64,000 nt of DNA from an uncultured bacterium (GCA_964434115.1 CAYSSX010000002.1:9680-73679); one strand, 5' to 3'. Counted from the stretch's first letter, positions 28,834 to 39,978 are shown. Numbers and translations are program-made. The notes: generated from the letters alone by a model not told the origin.

Positions 28834-29907
28834 ATGAACATCGAAGGTATTCTGAATTATGCGATTGAAAGAGAAGCCTCGGATATCCACCTCAGCGTGG
28901 GGCGTCCCGCATCCGTCCGGCGTCATGGCGAGATTATCTCCATTGATGACCATGTGCTTACCGCGGAAGATACCGAAACCCTGGCCCGTGAGATCACCAG
29001 TGAAGAACAGCGCAAAAAAGTGGAAGAGGTTGGCGGTATTGATTTTGGTTTTTCGTATGGCAAAAGCGCCCGCTTCCGCGTGTCTTGTTTTAAGCAGTCC
29101 GGCACTTACGCGATGGTGCTTCGTCAGCTGCCTTTTAAATTCTATTCTTTTGAGCAGATTGGTTTACCGCAGCAATTAGCCGGCCTTCTTTCCCGTCCGA
29201 GAGGTTTGATTCTTGTGACCGGTCCCACGGGCTCTGGTAAAACCACGACCTTGGCAACGATGTTAAACTACATCAATGAGAATTTCCCCCGCCACATCAT
29301 TACCGCGGAAGACCCGATTGAGTTCGTTCACCCGCATAAAAAATCGATCATGACCCAGCGCGAAGTGGGAGAAGACGTGCCGAGCTTTTCTGAAGCCGTA
29401 ATCAAAGCGCTTCGTCAAGACCCCGACGTTATCCTTATTGGGGAAATGCGCGACATCAACACCATGGAGTCTGCTATCCGCGCTGCAGAAACGGGACACC
29501 TTGTTTTTTCAACGCTTCACACCACGGGTGCGGCGCGCACCGTGGACCGGATTATTGACGTTTTTCCGTCCCATCAGCAGACGCAGGTGCGTATTCAGCT
29601 GGCCTCAACAATTGTTGCCGTTATTTCCCAAACGCTGATTCCCCGCCTTGATGGAAAAGGGCGTACTTGTGCGTTTGAAATTATGATCGCCACACCAGCA
29701 ATCCGGAATTTGATCCGCGAAAACAAAACCTATCAAATCACCTCTGAAATTCAAACCGGGGCTAAGTACGGTATGAAGGCCCTCGATGATCATCTCAAAG
29801 ATCTTTACCAGGCCGGTATCATTGGCTATGACGCCATGATTGAGGTGGCCCAGGACCCCCGAGAACTGGCCGCGCGTGTCACGCAGCCATCAGCGGCTAA
29901 GGGTTAG
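28834..29907 (+). CDS. pilT: Type IV pilus retraction ATPase
   Basis: Walker A GPTGSGKTT. PilT-specific motifs (AIRAAETGHLVFSTLHT, Asp box, His box). 357 aa. Confidence 0.9.
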   Translation: MNIEGILNYAIEREASDIHLSVGRPASVRRHGEIISIDDHVLTAEDTETLAREITSEEQRKKVEEVGGIDFGFSYGKSARFRVSCFKQSGTYAMVLRQLPFKFYSFEQIGLPQQLAGLLSRPRGLILVTGPTGSGKTTTLATMLNYINENFPRHIITAEDPIEFVHPHKKSIMTQREVGEDVPSFSEAVIKALRQDPDVILIGEMRDINTMESAIRAAETGHLVFSTLHTTGAARTVDRIIDVFPSHQQTQVRIQLASTIVAVISQTLIPRLDGKGRTCAFEIMIATPAIRNLIRENKTYQITSEIQTGAKYGMKALDDHLKDLYQAGIIGYDAMIEVAQDPRELAARVTQPSAAKG

Positions 29908-30054
29908 TCGCTACCCATTCATTTAAAACAACTTACAATAATTTATCGAAAAATCTCAGAGGCGTCTTCTGGGGCCGGCTCGGAAGTCTGAGCCTGAAAG
30001 TGAAGATTTTTTTTGGAAAGAGTGTCCGGACAACGACTTGCCCTTAAAGAAATA

Positions 30055-30083
30055 CTTGACGTAAAAGCGTCTATCGACTATTT
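30055..30083 (+). promoter_or_regulatory. Sigma-70-type promoter TTGACG-17 nt-TATTTT, about 220 nt upstream of polA
   Basis: TTGACG 30055-30060, 17-nt spacer, TATTTT 30078-30083. Confidence 0.3.
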
Positions 30084-30306
30084 TATCGGCGCTATTCAAC
30101 GACGCAATCCCATTCATAAAGACCCACAGTCCGACTCATAATTAATCCCTGAAATCATCTCGTACTTTGAAGCTCCGAGTCGCACCTTTCCTTGTGAAAC
30201 CAAACGAATGGGTCCAATCTCAAAGTTTAAGCTGAGAGTTTATGCGTGAACGATTGACCATGAAGGCCCGGCGGTAATGGTGCCGGCAGGACTTGAAGCG
30301 CGCCTG

Positions 30307-33012
30307 ATGGAAAAGAAAAAAGCAGGAACCGCTGGAAAGCTATTTCTGGTGGACGGTCATTCGTTCTGTTACCGGGCATTTTATGCCATCCGGAATTTGT
30401 CGAATTCGCGAGGCGAACCGACCAATGCCATCTATGGTTTTATTACCATGCTCCGGAAACTGATCGACCAATATAAGCCCGACCATGTAGCCATCTGCTT
30501 CGATCATCCAAAACCGACGTTCCGGCATGATAAATATAAGGAATATAAGGCGCACCGTTCGCCGATGCCCGAGGACCTGATCGTCCAGATGGAGCCGATC
30601 AAGGATTTTTGCCGGGCTTACCGCTACCCGATTTTTGAAGCCCCGGGGTATGAAGCGGATGATGTGATCGGCACGCTTGCCAATCAAGGGGAAGAGCGCG
30701 GCTATGAGGTTTACCTCATCACGGGCGATAAAGACGCCATGCAGCTTGTCACCGACCGCATTCATATTCTCAACCCGCACAAAGACGGGTTCGTGGCAGG
30801 CCGCGAGGAAGTCAAAAAGCGTTTTGATGGACTAGGCCCGGAAAAAGTGGTTGATGTCATGGCCCTTATGGGCGACGCCTCGGACAACATCCCTGGTGTT
30901 CCCGGAGTCGGGGAAAAAACCGCGATCAAACTGATTCAGGAATTTGGTTCGGTTGAAAACCTCATCAAGTATGTGGGGCGTATTAAATCGAAGAAACAGC
31001 AGGACTTGCTCCGGAAGCATGAGGCCGACGCCCTTTTGTCTAAAGACCTGGCGCAAATTGATAAATTTGTACCCCTCGATGTTGATTGGGAGGCCATGGT
31101 TCTCCAGGCCCCCGACGAAGAAAAACTCACGGCCCTTTTGCAAAGGTATGAATTCCGGGCACTGTTAAAAGGGATGACCCCCCAGGCCCCGGCAGACAAG
31201 GCCGAACGTGATTACCGGGTTGTGAGAACGCGCGAAGATCTTACGGCTTTGGTGAAGAGTCTTGAGAAATTGACCGCGGTTAGTTTTGATACGGAAACAA
31301 CGCATCAGGATCCGATGCGCGCAGAGCTTGTAGGGATGAGCTTTTGCTGGGAGCCTTACCGGGCCTTTTATGTTCCGGTGTCTTCCCCAAAGCATCAGGG
31401 GGAAGGCCTTCCGATGCAAGAGACGCTTGAAGCGCTTCGGCCGTTTTTTGAAAAAGCCGGCCTTGAGAAGTATGGCCAGAATGTGAAATATGACTGGATG
31501 GTCATGAACCGTCACGGGGTGAAGCTCCGGGGCGTTTCTTTTGACACCATGGTTGCGAGCTATCTGATCAATCCGGTCAAACTGAATCACAATCTGGACG
31601 ACATTGCGCTGGAACATTTGGGAGTGCGCAAAATTCCCACAGAGGCGCTTCTGGGAGCCGGCCGTGATCAGGTAACGATGGACCGCGTGCCGGTTGAAAA
31701 GGTTGCTGAGTACGCGTGTGAAGACGCCGACTGTGTGTTCCGGCTTGTGCCGCTTCTTAAAGCCAAGCTCGAAGAAAAGGGCCTTACGCCCCTTTTTAAA
31801 GAATTGGAAATGCCGCTGGCCTTTGTGCTGGCGGAGATAGAGCAAAACGGCGTTTATCTGGATGTGAAGCTGCTCGCGGAATTTTCCGCAAAGGCGGGCG
31901 AAGAACTTGAAAGCCTGACGCGGAAGATCTATGAAGAAGCGGGCGAGGAATTCAACATCAACTCCACGAAACAACTCGCGGAGATTTTCTTTGAAAAATT
32001 AAAATTCCCCGTGGTCAAGAAAACCAAAACAGGTTTTTCCACGGACGTGAGTGTTCTTGAGAAGCTGGCGGAAACTTACACGCTTCCCCGGATGCTTCTT
32101 GAGTACCGTGAAAAAGCGAAGCTGAAGTCCACGTATTTGGACGCGCTTCCGGACATGGTAAACCCTGAGACCGGTGTCGTGCATACGTCCTATCATCAAA
32201 CAACGACGCTGACAGGCCGGCTTTCCAGTTCGGACCCGAACCTTCAAAACATTCCGATTAAAACGGAATCGGGAAGGCTGATCCGCAAGGCTTTTATTCC
32301 GAGGCCCCGCGGCGCCCAGAAGGGCAGACTTCTTTCCGCGGACTATTCGCAGATTGAGCTTCGGATTTTGGCCCACTTTTCGGCAGATCCGCAGTTGATG
32401 AAGGCCTTTCAGGAAGAGCGGGACATTCACAGCTTCACCGCGACGCTTCTCTATGGCGTGAAAGAAGAAGACGTGACCCGTGAAATGCGGAACGTGGCCA
32501 AGACGATCAATTTCAGCATTATTTACGGGAAAACGGCCTTCGGCTTATCGCAGGATCTTCATATTTCTATCAGTGAGGCCGATGTTTTTATCCGGAATTA
32601 CTTCGACCGCTATGCCGGCATTCGAACCTATCTGGAATCCCAGAAAGAAAAAGCCCGCGAGCAGGGCTACCTGACCACTCTTCTCGGAAGGCGCGCTTAT
32701 TTTCCAGACATCAACTCTAAGAACGGGCAGCTTCGGCAGTTTGCAGAGCGGGCCGCTATTAACGCCCCGATACAAGGCTCTGCGGCGGACTTGATCAAAC
32801 TTGCCATGATTGCCATTCAACGGGATCTTGAAAAGCGCAAGTTTAAGTCGCTCATGATTATGCAGGTGCATGACGAGCTTGTGTTTGACGGACCCGAAGA
32901 GGAAATGAAGGACCTTGAAGCGCTTGTCCGAACAGGAATGGAAAAAGCTTTTGAATTAAATGTCCCGCTTCAAGCGGATGTTTTTATCGGAGACTCATGG
33001 TACAAAAAATGA
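30307..33012 (+). CDS. polA: DNA polymerase I
   Basis: 5'-3' exonuclease N-terminus (KLFLVDGHSFCYRAFYA), 3'-5' exo and polymerase motifs (..RRAAKTINFSIIYG.., QVHDELVFD). Start could also be ATG 30277. Confidence 0.9.
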   Translation: MEKKKAGTAGKLFLVDGHSFCYRAFYAIRNLSNSRGEPTNAIYGFITMLRKLIDQYKPDHVAICFDHPKPTFRHDKYKEYKAHRSPMPEDLIVQMEPIKDFCRAYRYPIFEAPGYEADDVIGTLANQGEERGYEVYLITGDKDAMQLVTDRIHILNPHKDGFVAGREEVKKRFDGLGPEKVVDVMALMGDASDNIPGVPGVGEKTAIKLIQEFGSVENLIKYVGRIKSKKQQDLLRKHEADALLSKDLAQIDKFVPLDVDWEAMVLQAPDEEKLTALLQRYEFRALLKGMTPQAPADKAERDYRVVRTREDLTALVKSLEKLTAVSFDTETTHQDPMRAELVGMSFCWEPYRAFYVPVSSPKHQGEGLPMQETLEALRPFFEKAGLEKYGQNVKYDWMVMNRHGVKLRGVSFDTMVASYLINPVKLNHNLDDIALEHLGVRKIPTEALLGAGRDQVTMDRVPVEKVAEYACEDADCVFRLVPLLKAKLEEKGLTPLFKELEMPLAFVLAEIEQNGVYLDVKLLAEFSAKAGEELESLTRKIYEEAGEEFNINSTKQLAEIFFEKLKFPVVKKTKTGFSTDVSVLEKLAETYTLPRMLLEYREKAKLKSTYLDALPDMVNPETGVVHTSYHQTTTLTGRLSSSDPNLQNIPIKTESGRLIRKAFIPRPRGAQKGRLLSADYSQIELRILAHFSADPQLMKAFQEERDIHSFTATLLYGVKEEDVTREMRNVAKTINFSIIYGKTAFGLSQDLHISISEADVFIRNYFDRYAGIRTYLESQKEKAREQGYLTTLLGRRAYFPDINSKNGQLRQFAERAAINAPIQGSAADLIKLAMIAIQRDLEKRKFKSLMIMQVHDELVFDGPEEEMKDLEALVRTGMEKAFELNVPLQADVFIGDSWYKK

Positions 33013-33632
33013 ACTCAAAACCCGGCCGCACTTTAGTCGGGCTCACGGGTGTTTTCGGTTCCGGTAAAAGTACCGTTGCCAGACTTTTCGAACCTTTGGG
33101 TGCAGAAATTCTGGATGCGGATCGTATCGCGCACGAAGCGCTCCTTGAAGGCAGCGCGCTTTATCCCGTGCTTGCCGCCCGGTTTCCTTCCGCCGCTGAA
33201 AGCGGTGGCATGGACCGCAAAAAACTTGCGGAGATTGTTTTTTCAGATCCCGGAAAACGCCGGGAACTCGAAGCCTTGATTCATCCTTATGTCTTTCAAA
33301 GAATTGCCGAGGAAGCTGCGGACAACAGCGCTCCGGTAGTGGTGCTTGAGATCCCGCTTCTTTATGAAACGGGTTTTGATAAGAACTGTGATTTTTGCCT
33401 TGTGGTGAAAGCCTCAAGCGAAGTTCTGGAAAAAAGGCTTCGTGAGAAGGGTTTTTCACCAGAAGAAATCCGGCGTCGTTTGGAAGCTCAAATGCCGCTT
33501 GAAGAAAAAGTAAAACGCGCGGATTTCGTGATCGACAACAGCGGTGATCTCGAAGCTACACGTCAACAAGTTGAAAAAATCTGGAAAAAATTAAACAACG
33601 CCTCGAAAGGAGACGTATCGCATTATGCCTAA
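32997..33632 (+). CDS. coaE: Dephospho-CoA kinase
   Basis: P-loop [12 protein letters not shown]. Overlaps the polA end by 16 nt. Confidence 0.8.
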   Translation: MVQKMNSKPGRTLVGLTGVFGSGKSTVARLFEPLGAEILDADRIAHEALLEGSALYPVLAARFPSAAESGGMDRKKLAEIVFSDPGKRRELEALIHPYVFQRIAEEAADNSAPVVVLEIPLLYETGFDKNCDFCLVVKASSEVLEKRLREKGFSPEEIRRRLEAQMPLEEKVKRADFVIDNSGDLEATRQQVEKIWKKLNNASKGDVSHYA

Positions 33633-35016
33633 AGAAAGAACCCATCACCCAAGACGGACGGATTTTCCTCCCAAACGACCCGGCAATGGTGTCCCGCCGG
33701 CCGCCGCCGTCAAAGAAACAGCCGAGCTTGAAACAGTGAACGCAGCTGGTGAAAAAGTCATGGATGTGGCAACGCTGAAGGAGATGAAGGTCGGCGAGCT
33801 GCATGAAGTCGGGAAGAAGTTTAATGTCGGCCCGACGACGGGAATGAAAAAGCAGGACCTTATTTTTAAAATTCTCCAGGCGCAGGCGGAGCAGTCCGGC
33901 CTTATGTTTGGAGAAGGGGTTCTGGAAATCCTGGAAGACGGATTCGGGTTTCTCCGCTCTCCGAATTACAACTATCTTCCCTCACCGGATGATATTTATG
34001 TGAGCCCCAGCCAGATCCGCCGTTTCAATCTCAGAACCGGTGATTGCGTCAGCGGGCAGATCCGTCCGCCGAAAGAAGGAGAGCGGTATTTCGCACTCCT
34101 GAAAGTGGAAGCCGTAAACTTTGAGGATCCCGAGTCCATCAAGGACAAGATCCCGTTTGATAACCTGACGCCTCTTTATCCCTTGAAGCGTCTGTTTATG
34201 GAAACGCAGACGGATGAAGTTTCCATGCGTGTGATGGATCTTTTGACGCCGATCGGTTTCGGTCAGCGCGGATTGATCGTGGCGCCTCCTTACAGCGGTA
34301 AAACGATCCTTCTTCAAAAAATTGCAAACGCCATCACGACAAACTTTCCTGAATCGTATCTGATCGTTCTGCTCATCGACGAACGTCCTGAAGAAGTCAC
34401 GGACATGCAGCGTTCCGTCCGCGGCGAGGTTGTTTCCTCGACTTTCGATGAACCGGCTGAACGTCACGTGCAGGTGGCGGAAATCGTGCTCGAAAAGGCG
34501 AAACGTCTTGTCGAGCATCGCCGTGATGTGATTATTCTTCTCGACAGCATCACCCGTCTCGCACGTGCCTACAACACGGTGGTTCCACATTCCGGAAAGA
34601 TTCTCTCCGGCGGCGTGGATTCCAACGCGCTTCACCGCCCGAAACGCTTTTTCGGAGCGGCCCGCAATATTGAAGAGGGCGGAAGCCTTACGATTATTGC
34701 CACGGCGCTTGTGGACACCGGTTCGCGCATGGACGAAGTGATCTTTGAAGAATTCAAAGGCACGGGGAATATGGAGCTTCAGCTGGACCGCAATCTCTTT
34801 CAGAAGCGCATCTACCCGGCCATTGATGTGAAAAAATCAAACACTCGTAAAGAGGACTTGATCATGCACCCCGATGAATTAAGCCGGGTGTGGATGCTTC
34901 GCAAGGTCCTCAACGAACTTAATCCGGCTGAAGCCATGGAATTGCTTGTGGACCGGCTTGGAAAAACGAAAACCAATGCGGAGTTTTTGCTCGGCATGAA
35001 TAAGGGAGATAAATAA
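33625..35016 (+). CDS. rho: Transcription termination factor Rho (with an N-terminal insertion)
   Basis: Rho RNA-binding and ATPase motifs ([34 protein letters not shown]). Confidence 0.9.
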   Translation: MPKERTHHPRRTDFPPKRPGNGVPPAAAVKETAELETVNAAGEKVMDVATLKEMKVGELHEVGKKFNVGPTTGMKKQDLIFKILQAQAEQSGLMFGEGVLEILEDGFGFLRSPNYNYLPSPDDIYVSPSQIRRFNLRTGDCVSGQIRPPKEGERYFALLKVEAVNFEDPESIKDKIPFDNLTPLYPLKRLFMETQTDEVSMRVMDLLTPIGFGQRGLIVAPPYSGKTILLQKIANAITTNFPESYLIVLLIDERPEEVTDMQRSVRGEVVSSTFDEPAERHVQVAEIVLEKAKRLVEHRRDVIILLDSITRLARAYNTVVPHSGKILSGGVDSNALHRPKRFFGAARNIEEGGSLTIIATALVDTGSRMDEVIFEEFKGTGNMELQLDRNLFQKRIYPAIDVKKSNTRKEDLIMHPDELSRVWMLRKVLNELNPAEAMELLVDRLGKTKTNAEFLLGMNKGDK

Positions 35017-35019
35017 TTT

Positions 35020-35367
35020 ATGAAACAGGATATCCATCCCAGTTATAACGTTGTCACCGTCAATTGCGCCTGCGGAAGCTCCTTTGAAACCCGCAGCACC
35101 CTTCAGGGCGTGATTCAGGTTGACGTGTGTTCTGCCTGCCACCCGTTTTTTACCGGGAAACAGAAATTCATGGACACCGCCGGCCGTATTGACCGCTTGA
35201 AGAAGAAGTTCGGCAATAAAATCGCGGTCGCGGCTCCTGTGAAGCGTCCTATTGCGTCAGCAAAACCCGCTGCTCAGGCGTCCTCTTCGAAGCTTTCGAT
35301 CAAAGACAAGCTGAAAGCGGCTGCGGTACAGCAGAAGCCCGCTGAAGCGCCGAAAGCTGCGGAATAA
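35020..35367 (+). CDS. rpmE: 50S ribosomal protein L31 (Zn-binding type) with a 45-aa Ala/Lys/Pro-rich C-terminal tail
   Basis: [17 protein letters not shown]31 core. Low-complexity tail [22 protein letters not shown]... Confidence 0.85.
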   Translation: MKQDIHPSYNVVTVNCACGSSFETRSTLQGVIQVDVCSACHPFFTGKQKFMDTAGRIDRLKKKFGNKIAVAAPVKRPIASAKPAAQASSSKLSIKDKLKAAAVQQKPAEAPKAAE

Positions 35368-35406
35368 TTCCGCAGCCTTGGGTTCCGAGCGAGGTTTAAG
35401 CAACCA

Positions 35407-36486
35407 GTGATTTACGCGGACAAACTGCAAAAGACCGAAAAACGTTTGGCTCAGATAGAAAATGATCTTAGCCAGCCGGAAGTGGTCAAGGATCAGGCCA
35501 GATATCAAAAGCTGACCAAGGAATTGGCTGAAATCAGGCCGCTGGTTAACGCCTATGCGGAGTTCTGCAAAGTCGAGAATGAACTTAAGGCATTGTCGGA
35601 AGAACTGAACTCCAAAAAACTCGATTCGGAAATGCGCGATTTGTACCGCGATGAAGAAAAAAATTTGAAACAAAAGCGGGAAGTTTTGGTTGAACAGATC
35701 GAAACGCTTTTGATCCGGGATGATGACCCCCGCTCAGGCCGTGATGTGATTGCGGAAGTCCGGGCTGGTACGGGCGGCGAAGAGGCCGCACTTTTTGTTG
35801 CGGATCTTTTCCGTATGTACTCCCGTTTTGCCGCAGAGCACGGGCTGACCGTCGAGGTTATGGATTCCAACCCGACGGGAATCGGCGGCTTTAAAGAAGT
35901 CATTTTTGCTGTCAGTGGTCCCAACGCTTATTCTAAATTTAAGTATGAGAGCGGGATTCACCGGGTGCAGCGTGTTCCGGCAACGGAGGCCAGCGGCCGC
36001 ATTCATACTTCTGCGGTCACTGTGGCGATCATGGCGGAAGCGGACGAGACGGAAATTAATATTGATCCCACCGAGCTGAAGATTGATGTTTACCGGGCTT
36101 CAGGTGCGGGCGGCCAGCACGTCAACAAGACTGAGTCTGCGGTTCGTATTACCCACATCCCCACGGGGGTCGTGGTTCAATGCCAGGATGAAAGGTCCCA
36201 GCATAAGAATAAAGCTAGGGCCATGCGCGTCTTAAGGGCCCGCCTTTATGAGGCAGAGCAGGAGCGGCGCCATCAGGAACAGGCTAAAGAGCGGAAAACC
36301 CAGATCGGGTCAGGGGACCGTTCCGGCAAAATCCGGACTTATAACTACCCGGATCAGCGGGTTACCGACCATCGAATCGGTTTGACTTTGCATAGCCTGA
36401 ATGATATTTTAAACGGCCATTTGGACGAAATGGTCGGAGCTTTGGAGCGTGACGAACGCAACCGAAAGCTCATGAATGCGGCCTAA
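35407..36486 (+). CDS. prfA: Peptide chain release factor 1
   Basis: PAT tripeptide (RVPATE), GGQ motif ([11 protein letters not shown]). GTG start. Confidence 0.9.
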   Translation: MIYADKLQKTEKRLAQIENDLSQPEVVKDQARYQKLTKELAEIRPLVNAYAEFCKVENELKALSEELNSKKLDSEMRDLYRDEEKNLKQKREVLVEQIETLLIRDDDPRSGRDVIAEVRAGTGGEEAALFVADLFRMYSRFAAEHGLTVEVMDSNPTGIGGFKEVIFAVSGPNAYSKFKYESGIHRVQRVPATEASGRIHTSAVTVAIMAEADETEINIDPTELKIDVYRASGAGGQHVNKTESAVRITHIPTGVVVQCQDERSQHKNKARAMRVLRARLYEAEQERRHQEQAKERKTQIGSGDRSGKIRTYNYPDQRVTDHRIGLTLHSLNDILNGHLDEMVGALERDERNRKLMNAA

Positions 36487-36512
36487 ATCAAGGCGCTTTC
36501 AGGGGTTTCGGA

Positions 36513-37370
36513 ATGACCGTTGAAAAGCTTCTCCAGTGGGGCAAAAGCGAACTCGTTGTCTTGGGTCCGGAAGAGGCGAGCGCAAGTGCCGAGGTTCTTT
36601 TATCGGAAGTTCTCAGTCTCCCGAGAATTTCTTTATATTTGGAAGCGCGTCAATCTGTTTCCAATGATAAAGCTTTGATTTTTGAAAGTTTGATTGCAAA
36701 GCGGAAACAGCGGGTTCCGACCGCGTATTTGACGGGCAAAGCCTGTTTTTGGAATGAAACGCTGAATGTGGGTCCAGGCTGCCTGATCCCAAGGCCTGAA
36801 ACAGAAACCTTGGTGCAGACCTTCATTGATCACTCAGGATTTCCCCAGAACAGTTCATTTGAATTTCTGGATTTAGGGGCAGGAAGCGGGGCTATCGGTA
36901 TTGCCCTGTTACGGCACTTCCCGAATGCCCGGGCGGTCTTTGCCGATAAGTCGCCTGAGGCGCTTGCGATTGCAAAGAGCAACATCGAGCGGTATGACCT
37001 GGGCTCAAGAGCCCAACTGATTCAAAGCGATCTTTTTCAGAATTTTCCGTATTTTCTTTGGGATGTCATTTTGTCAAATCCGCCCTACTTTGAACAAGCG
37101 GATTGGAGCCATGTGGAACCTGAAGTTTTACAGGAACCTCGAACAGCTCTTGATGGCGGGCAGGATGGATTATTTTTTTACAGAGTTATCAGTTCTGAGG
37201 CCCGGAAGCATTTAAAGCCAAAGGGCTGGCTCCTTGTCGAGGTTGGACGGGGGCAGGCAAAAAAAGTTGAAAGCATTTTCCTGTCGGAAGGATTTTCCGG
37301 CACTCAAATTTTTAAAGATGATCTAAACATTGAACGGGTTGTAACAGCCCGTTGGACGGCGCATGGATAA
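36513..37370 (+). CDS. prmC: Release factor glutamine N5-methyltransferase
   Basis: NPPY motif (ILSNPPYF), SAM-binding LDLGAGSGAIG. Confidence 0.8.
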   Translation: MTVEKLLQWGKSELVVLGPEEASASAEVLLSEVLSLPRISLYLEARQSVSNDKALIFESLIAKRKQRVPTAYLTGKACFWNETLNVGPGCLIPRPETETLVQTFIDHSGFPQNSSFEFLDLGAGSGAIGIALLRHFPNARAVFADKSPEALAIAKSNIERYDLGSRAQLIQSDLFQNFPYFLWDVILSNPPYFEQADWSHVEPEVLQEPRTALDGGQDGLFFYRVISSEARKHLKPKGWLLVEVGRGQAKKVESIFLSEGFSGTQIFKDDLNIERVVTARWTAHG

Positions 37371-38628
37371 GATTGTTATTACCGGCGGACGAAAGCTGAA
37401 AGGCGAAGTTGAAATTTCGGGCGCCAAGAATGCGGCGCTTCCTATTATGGCCGCGGCGCTTTTGGCCGAAGGCGAATCGATCATTGAAAACGTTCCAGAC
37501 CTGCGTGATATTCACACGATGATCCGGCTGCTTCGTTCACTCGGAGCTAAAGCCGTTTACGAAAAGGGCCTGGTCAAGGTTAAGCCGGGAAACAGCCTGC
37601 AGCCTTTGGCTCCTTACAAGCTGGTCAGCACCATGCGCGCTTCGGTTTGCGTGATGGGCCCGCTTCTTGCAAGAATCGGACACGCCGAAGTTTCACTCCC
37701 GGGCGGATGTGTTATTGGACCGCGTCCCATCGACCTTCATTTGAAAGGTCTTGAAGCTCTTGGAGCGAAGAACGAAATTCAGCATGGGTATGTGACATCC
37801 CGTGTTTCCAAACGCCTGACGGGTTCTGAAATTTATCTCGGAGGAGCTTTTGGCTCTTCGGTTCTTGCCACCGCCAATGTGATGATGGCTGCAACTTTGG
37901 CTAAGGGAAAGACGGTTCTTGAAAACGCGGCCTGTGAGCCAGAGGTTGTCGATCTTGCTCATTTTCTTCAGAGAATGGGCGCTAAGATTGATGGCATTGG
38001 ATCTCCGCGCATTGAAATCACCGGGGTTTCTAAATTGCATGGCGCCAGACACCCGATTATTCCGGATCGCATTGAAACGGGAACCTATATGTTCGCGGCC
38101 GCGATGACGGGGGGCGATGTGTTGATTAAGAAAGTGGATCCGTCACACCAAAACGTGGTTATCGACAAGCTTCGTCAGGCGGGTGTGAAAATTGAAAAAG
38201 GGAAAAACACCCTTCGAGTTCGGGGCGCGAAAAAACTCAAACCCGTGAATGTGACAACGCTTCCTTATCCGGCATTTCCGACGGATTTGCAGGCGCAGAT
38301 GATGGCGTTGATGGCGACAACACCCGGCATCAGCGTGATTACGGAAAAGATTTATCCGGATCGTTTTATGCATGTGAGTGAACTGAACCGTATGGGCGCC
38401 AATATTTTTCTTGAGGGTCCCACGGCGATTGTTCATGGTGTTAAGAAATTAAGCGGTGCACCGGTGATGGCGTCCGACCTTCGGGCCAGCGCGGCGCTTG
38501 TCATCGCAGGCCTTGTGGCCGAAGGCACGACCGAAGTTCACCGCGTTTACCATCTGGACCGCGGGTATGAGCGGCTGGAAACAAAATTTTCTGCTCTCGG
38601 AGCATCGATTCACCGGGAGAAGGAATAA
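37363..38628 (+). CDS. murA: UDP-N-acetylglucosamine 1-carboxyvinyltransferase
   Basis: MurA N-terminus (KLKGEVEISGAKNAALPIMAAALLAEG) and length 421 aa. Overlaps the prmC end. Confidence 0.9.
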   Translation: MDKIVITGGRKLKGEVEISGAKNAALPIMAAALLAEGESIIENVPDLRDIHTMIRLLRSLGAKAVYEKGLVKVKPGNSLQPLAPYKLVSTMRASVCVMGPLLARIGHAEVSLPGGCVIGPRPIDLHLKGLEALGAKNEIQHGYVTSRVSKRLTGSEIYLGGAFGSSVLATANVMMAATLAKGKTVLENAACEPEVVDLAHFLQRMGAKIDGIGSPRIEITGVSKLHGARHPIIPDRIETGTYMFAAAMTGGDVLIKKVDPSHQNVVIDKLRQAGVKIEKGKNTLRVRGAKKLKPVNVTTLPYPAFPTDLQAQMMALMATTPGISVITEKIYPDRFMHVSELNRMGANIFLEGPTAIVHGVKKLSGAPVMASDLRASAALVIAGLVAEGTTEVHRVYHLDRGYERLETKFSALGASIHREKE

Positions 38629-38674
38629 CCCCTTTCCGGAATTTTCCGGAAGGGAATTTTTTAGGAGGTTCCAC

Positions 38675-38950
38675 TTGGCAGTCAAGATCCGACTCAAACG
38701 TTTTGGTACGAAAAACCGCGATCAGTGGCGCATTGTCGTCAGTGATGTGAAGTTTCCACGGGATGGAAGATTCATCGAGGAAATCGGTCACTATGATCCG
38801 CTTCCCGCGAATGAAGTCATCACGGTGAAAAAAGACCGCTTGGATTACTGGGTTTCTAAAGGAGCTCAAGTGACACCGACGGTGAAAAGCCTGATTAAGC
38901 GCGTTGAGAAAAAGGCAAAAAAAGCGTCCTCACCCGCAAAGAAAAAGTAA
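38675..38950 (+). CDS. rpsP: 30S ribosomal protein S16 with a Lys-rich tail
   Basis: AVKIRLKRFG S16 N-terminus. TTG start 7 nt after an AGGAGG RBS. KKAKKASSPAKKK tail. Confidence 0.8.
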   Translation: MAVKIRLKRFGTKNRDQWRIVVSDVKFPRDGRFIEEIGHYDPLPANEVITVKKDRLDYWVSKGAQVTPTVKSLIKRVEKKAKKASSPAKKK

Positions 38951-38965
38951 AGGGTGACCGCGGAC

Positions 38966-39652
38966 ATGGCGCTGCGGATTGATGTTGTGACGCTTTTCCC
39001 TAAATTTTTTCACGGTCCGCTTGGAGAGTCTATTCTCAAGCGGGCGCAGGAAAAGCGGCATGTTGAAATTGGGCTGCATGACCTGAGGAAATACACTCAC
39101 GACCGTCACAAGACGGTCGATGATAAGCCTTTCGGCGGCGGTGCCGGAATGGTGATTAAACCCGAGCCTGTTTTTGAGTGTTTGGAAGATATCTCAGACG
39201 AAAAGAGCTGGGTTGTTTTGCTTTCACCGCACGGGAAACCTTTTCGCCAGGAAAAAGCGGCGGAGCTGGCGGGCCGGCAGCACCTTATTTTGATCGCAGG
39301 CCATTATGAAGGGCTCGATTACAGAATCCACGAGCACTTGGTGGATGAAGAGATCTCGATCGGTGATTTCGTCACGATGGGCGGGGAAGCCCCGGCACTT
39401 TGCGTGATTGAAGCCGTGGTGCGGCTCGTTCCTGGAGTTTTGGGGAATAGCGAGTCTTTAAAGCATGAGAGCTTTCAATCAGGGTGTTTGGAGTACCCGC
39501 AGTACACGCGGCCCCGTGATTTTCGAGGCTGGACAGTGCCCGAAGTTCTTGTGTCGGGTAATCATAAAGAAGTCGAAGACTGGCGAAAACGCCAGGCGCG
39601 GAAAATGACGCGCGAAAAAAGACCGGATTTGGTTAAAAGGAGCGATACATGA
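38966..39652 (+). CDS. trmD: tRNA (guanine37-N1)-methyltransferase
   Basis: TrmD motifs (IDVVTLFPKFF, PFGGGAGMV, CGHYEGxD-like LIAGHYEGLD). GTG 38954 is an alternative start. Confidence 0.85.
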   Translation: MALRIDVVTLFPKFFHGPLGESILKRAQEKRHVEIGLHDLRKYTHDRHKTVDDKPFGGGAGMVIKPEPVFECLEDISDEKSWVVLLSPHGKPFRQEKAAELAGRQHLILIAGHYEGLDYRIHEHLVDEEISIGDFVTMGGEAPALCVIEAVVRLVPGVLGNSESLKHESFQSGCLEYPQYTRPRDFRGWTVPEVLVSGNHKEVEDWRKRQARKMTREKRPDLVKRSDT

Positions 39653-39966
39653 AAGCGATTGATCTTATTGAAAAAGAAGCAACCCAAAAAGAAGTGCCCT
39701 CTTTTCGCGTGGGTGACACTCTGAAAATTCACCTGAAAGTGAAAGAAGGGGACAAGACCCGTATTCAGATTTTTGAGGGTACCTGCATCCGTAAGCGCGG
39801 CCGCTCTATCAATGCCAGCTTTTCGGTGATCAAAGAAACCCACGGCGACGTTGTTGAGAAAATCTTTCCGCTTTATTCCCCGACCATTGAAAAAATCGTG
39901 GTTGTGCAAGAAGGCAAAACCCGCCGCGCCAGGATGTATCACCTTCGCAAGAAGAAGGCTTATTAA
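39649..39966 (+). CDS. rplS: 50S ribosomal protein L19
   Basis: L19 motifs (FRVGDTLKIHLKVKEGDKTRIQIFEGTCI). Confidence 0.9.
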   Translation: MKAIDLIEKEATQKEVPSFRVGDTLKIHLKVKEGDKTRIQIFEGTCIRKRGRSINASFSVIKETHGDVVEKIFPLYSPTIEKIVVVQEGKTRRARMYHLRKKKAY

Positions 39967-39978
39967 GCCGTCTTCTTT

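Noticed and set aside
31165-31974. Antisense ORFs inside polA (269 aa), rho (33982..34635) and bioB (8503..9051)
   Set aside because: They are fully contained in well-supported genes on the opposite strand, lack RBS and family resemblance, and are typical GC-rich antisense artefacts.
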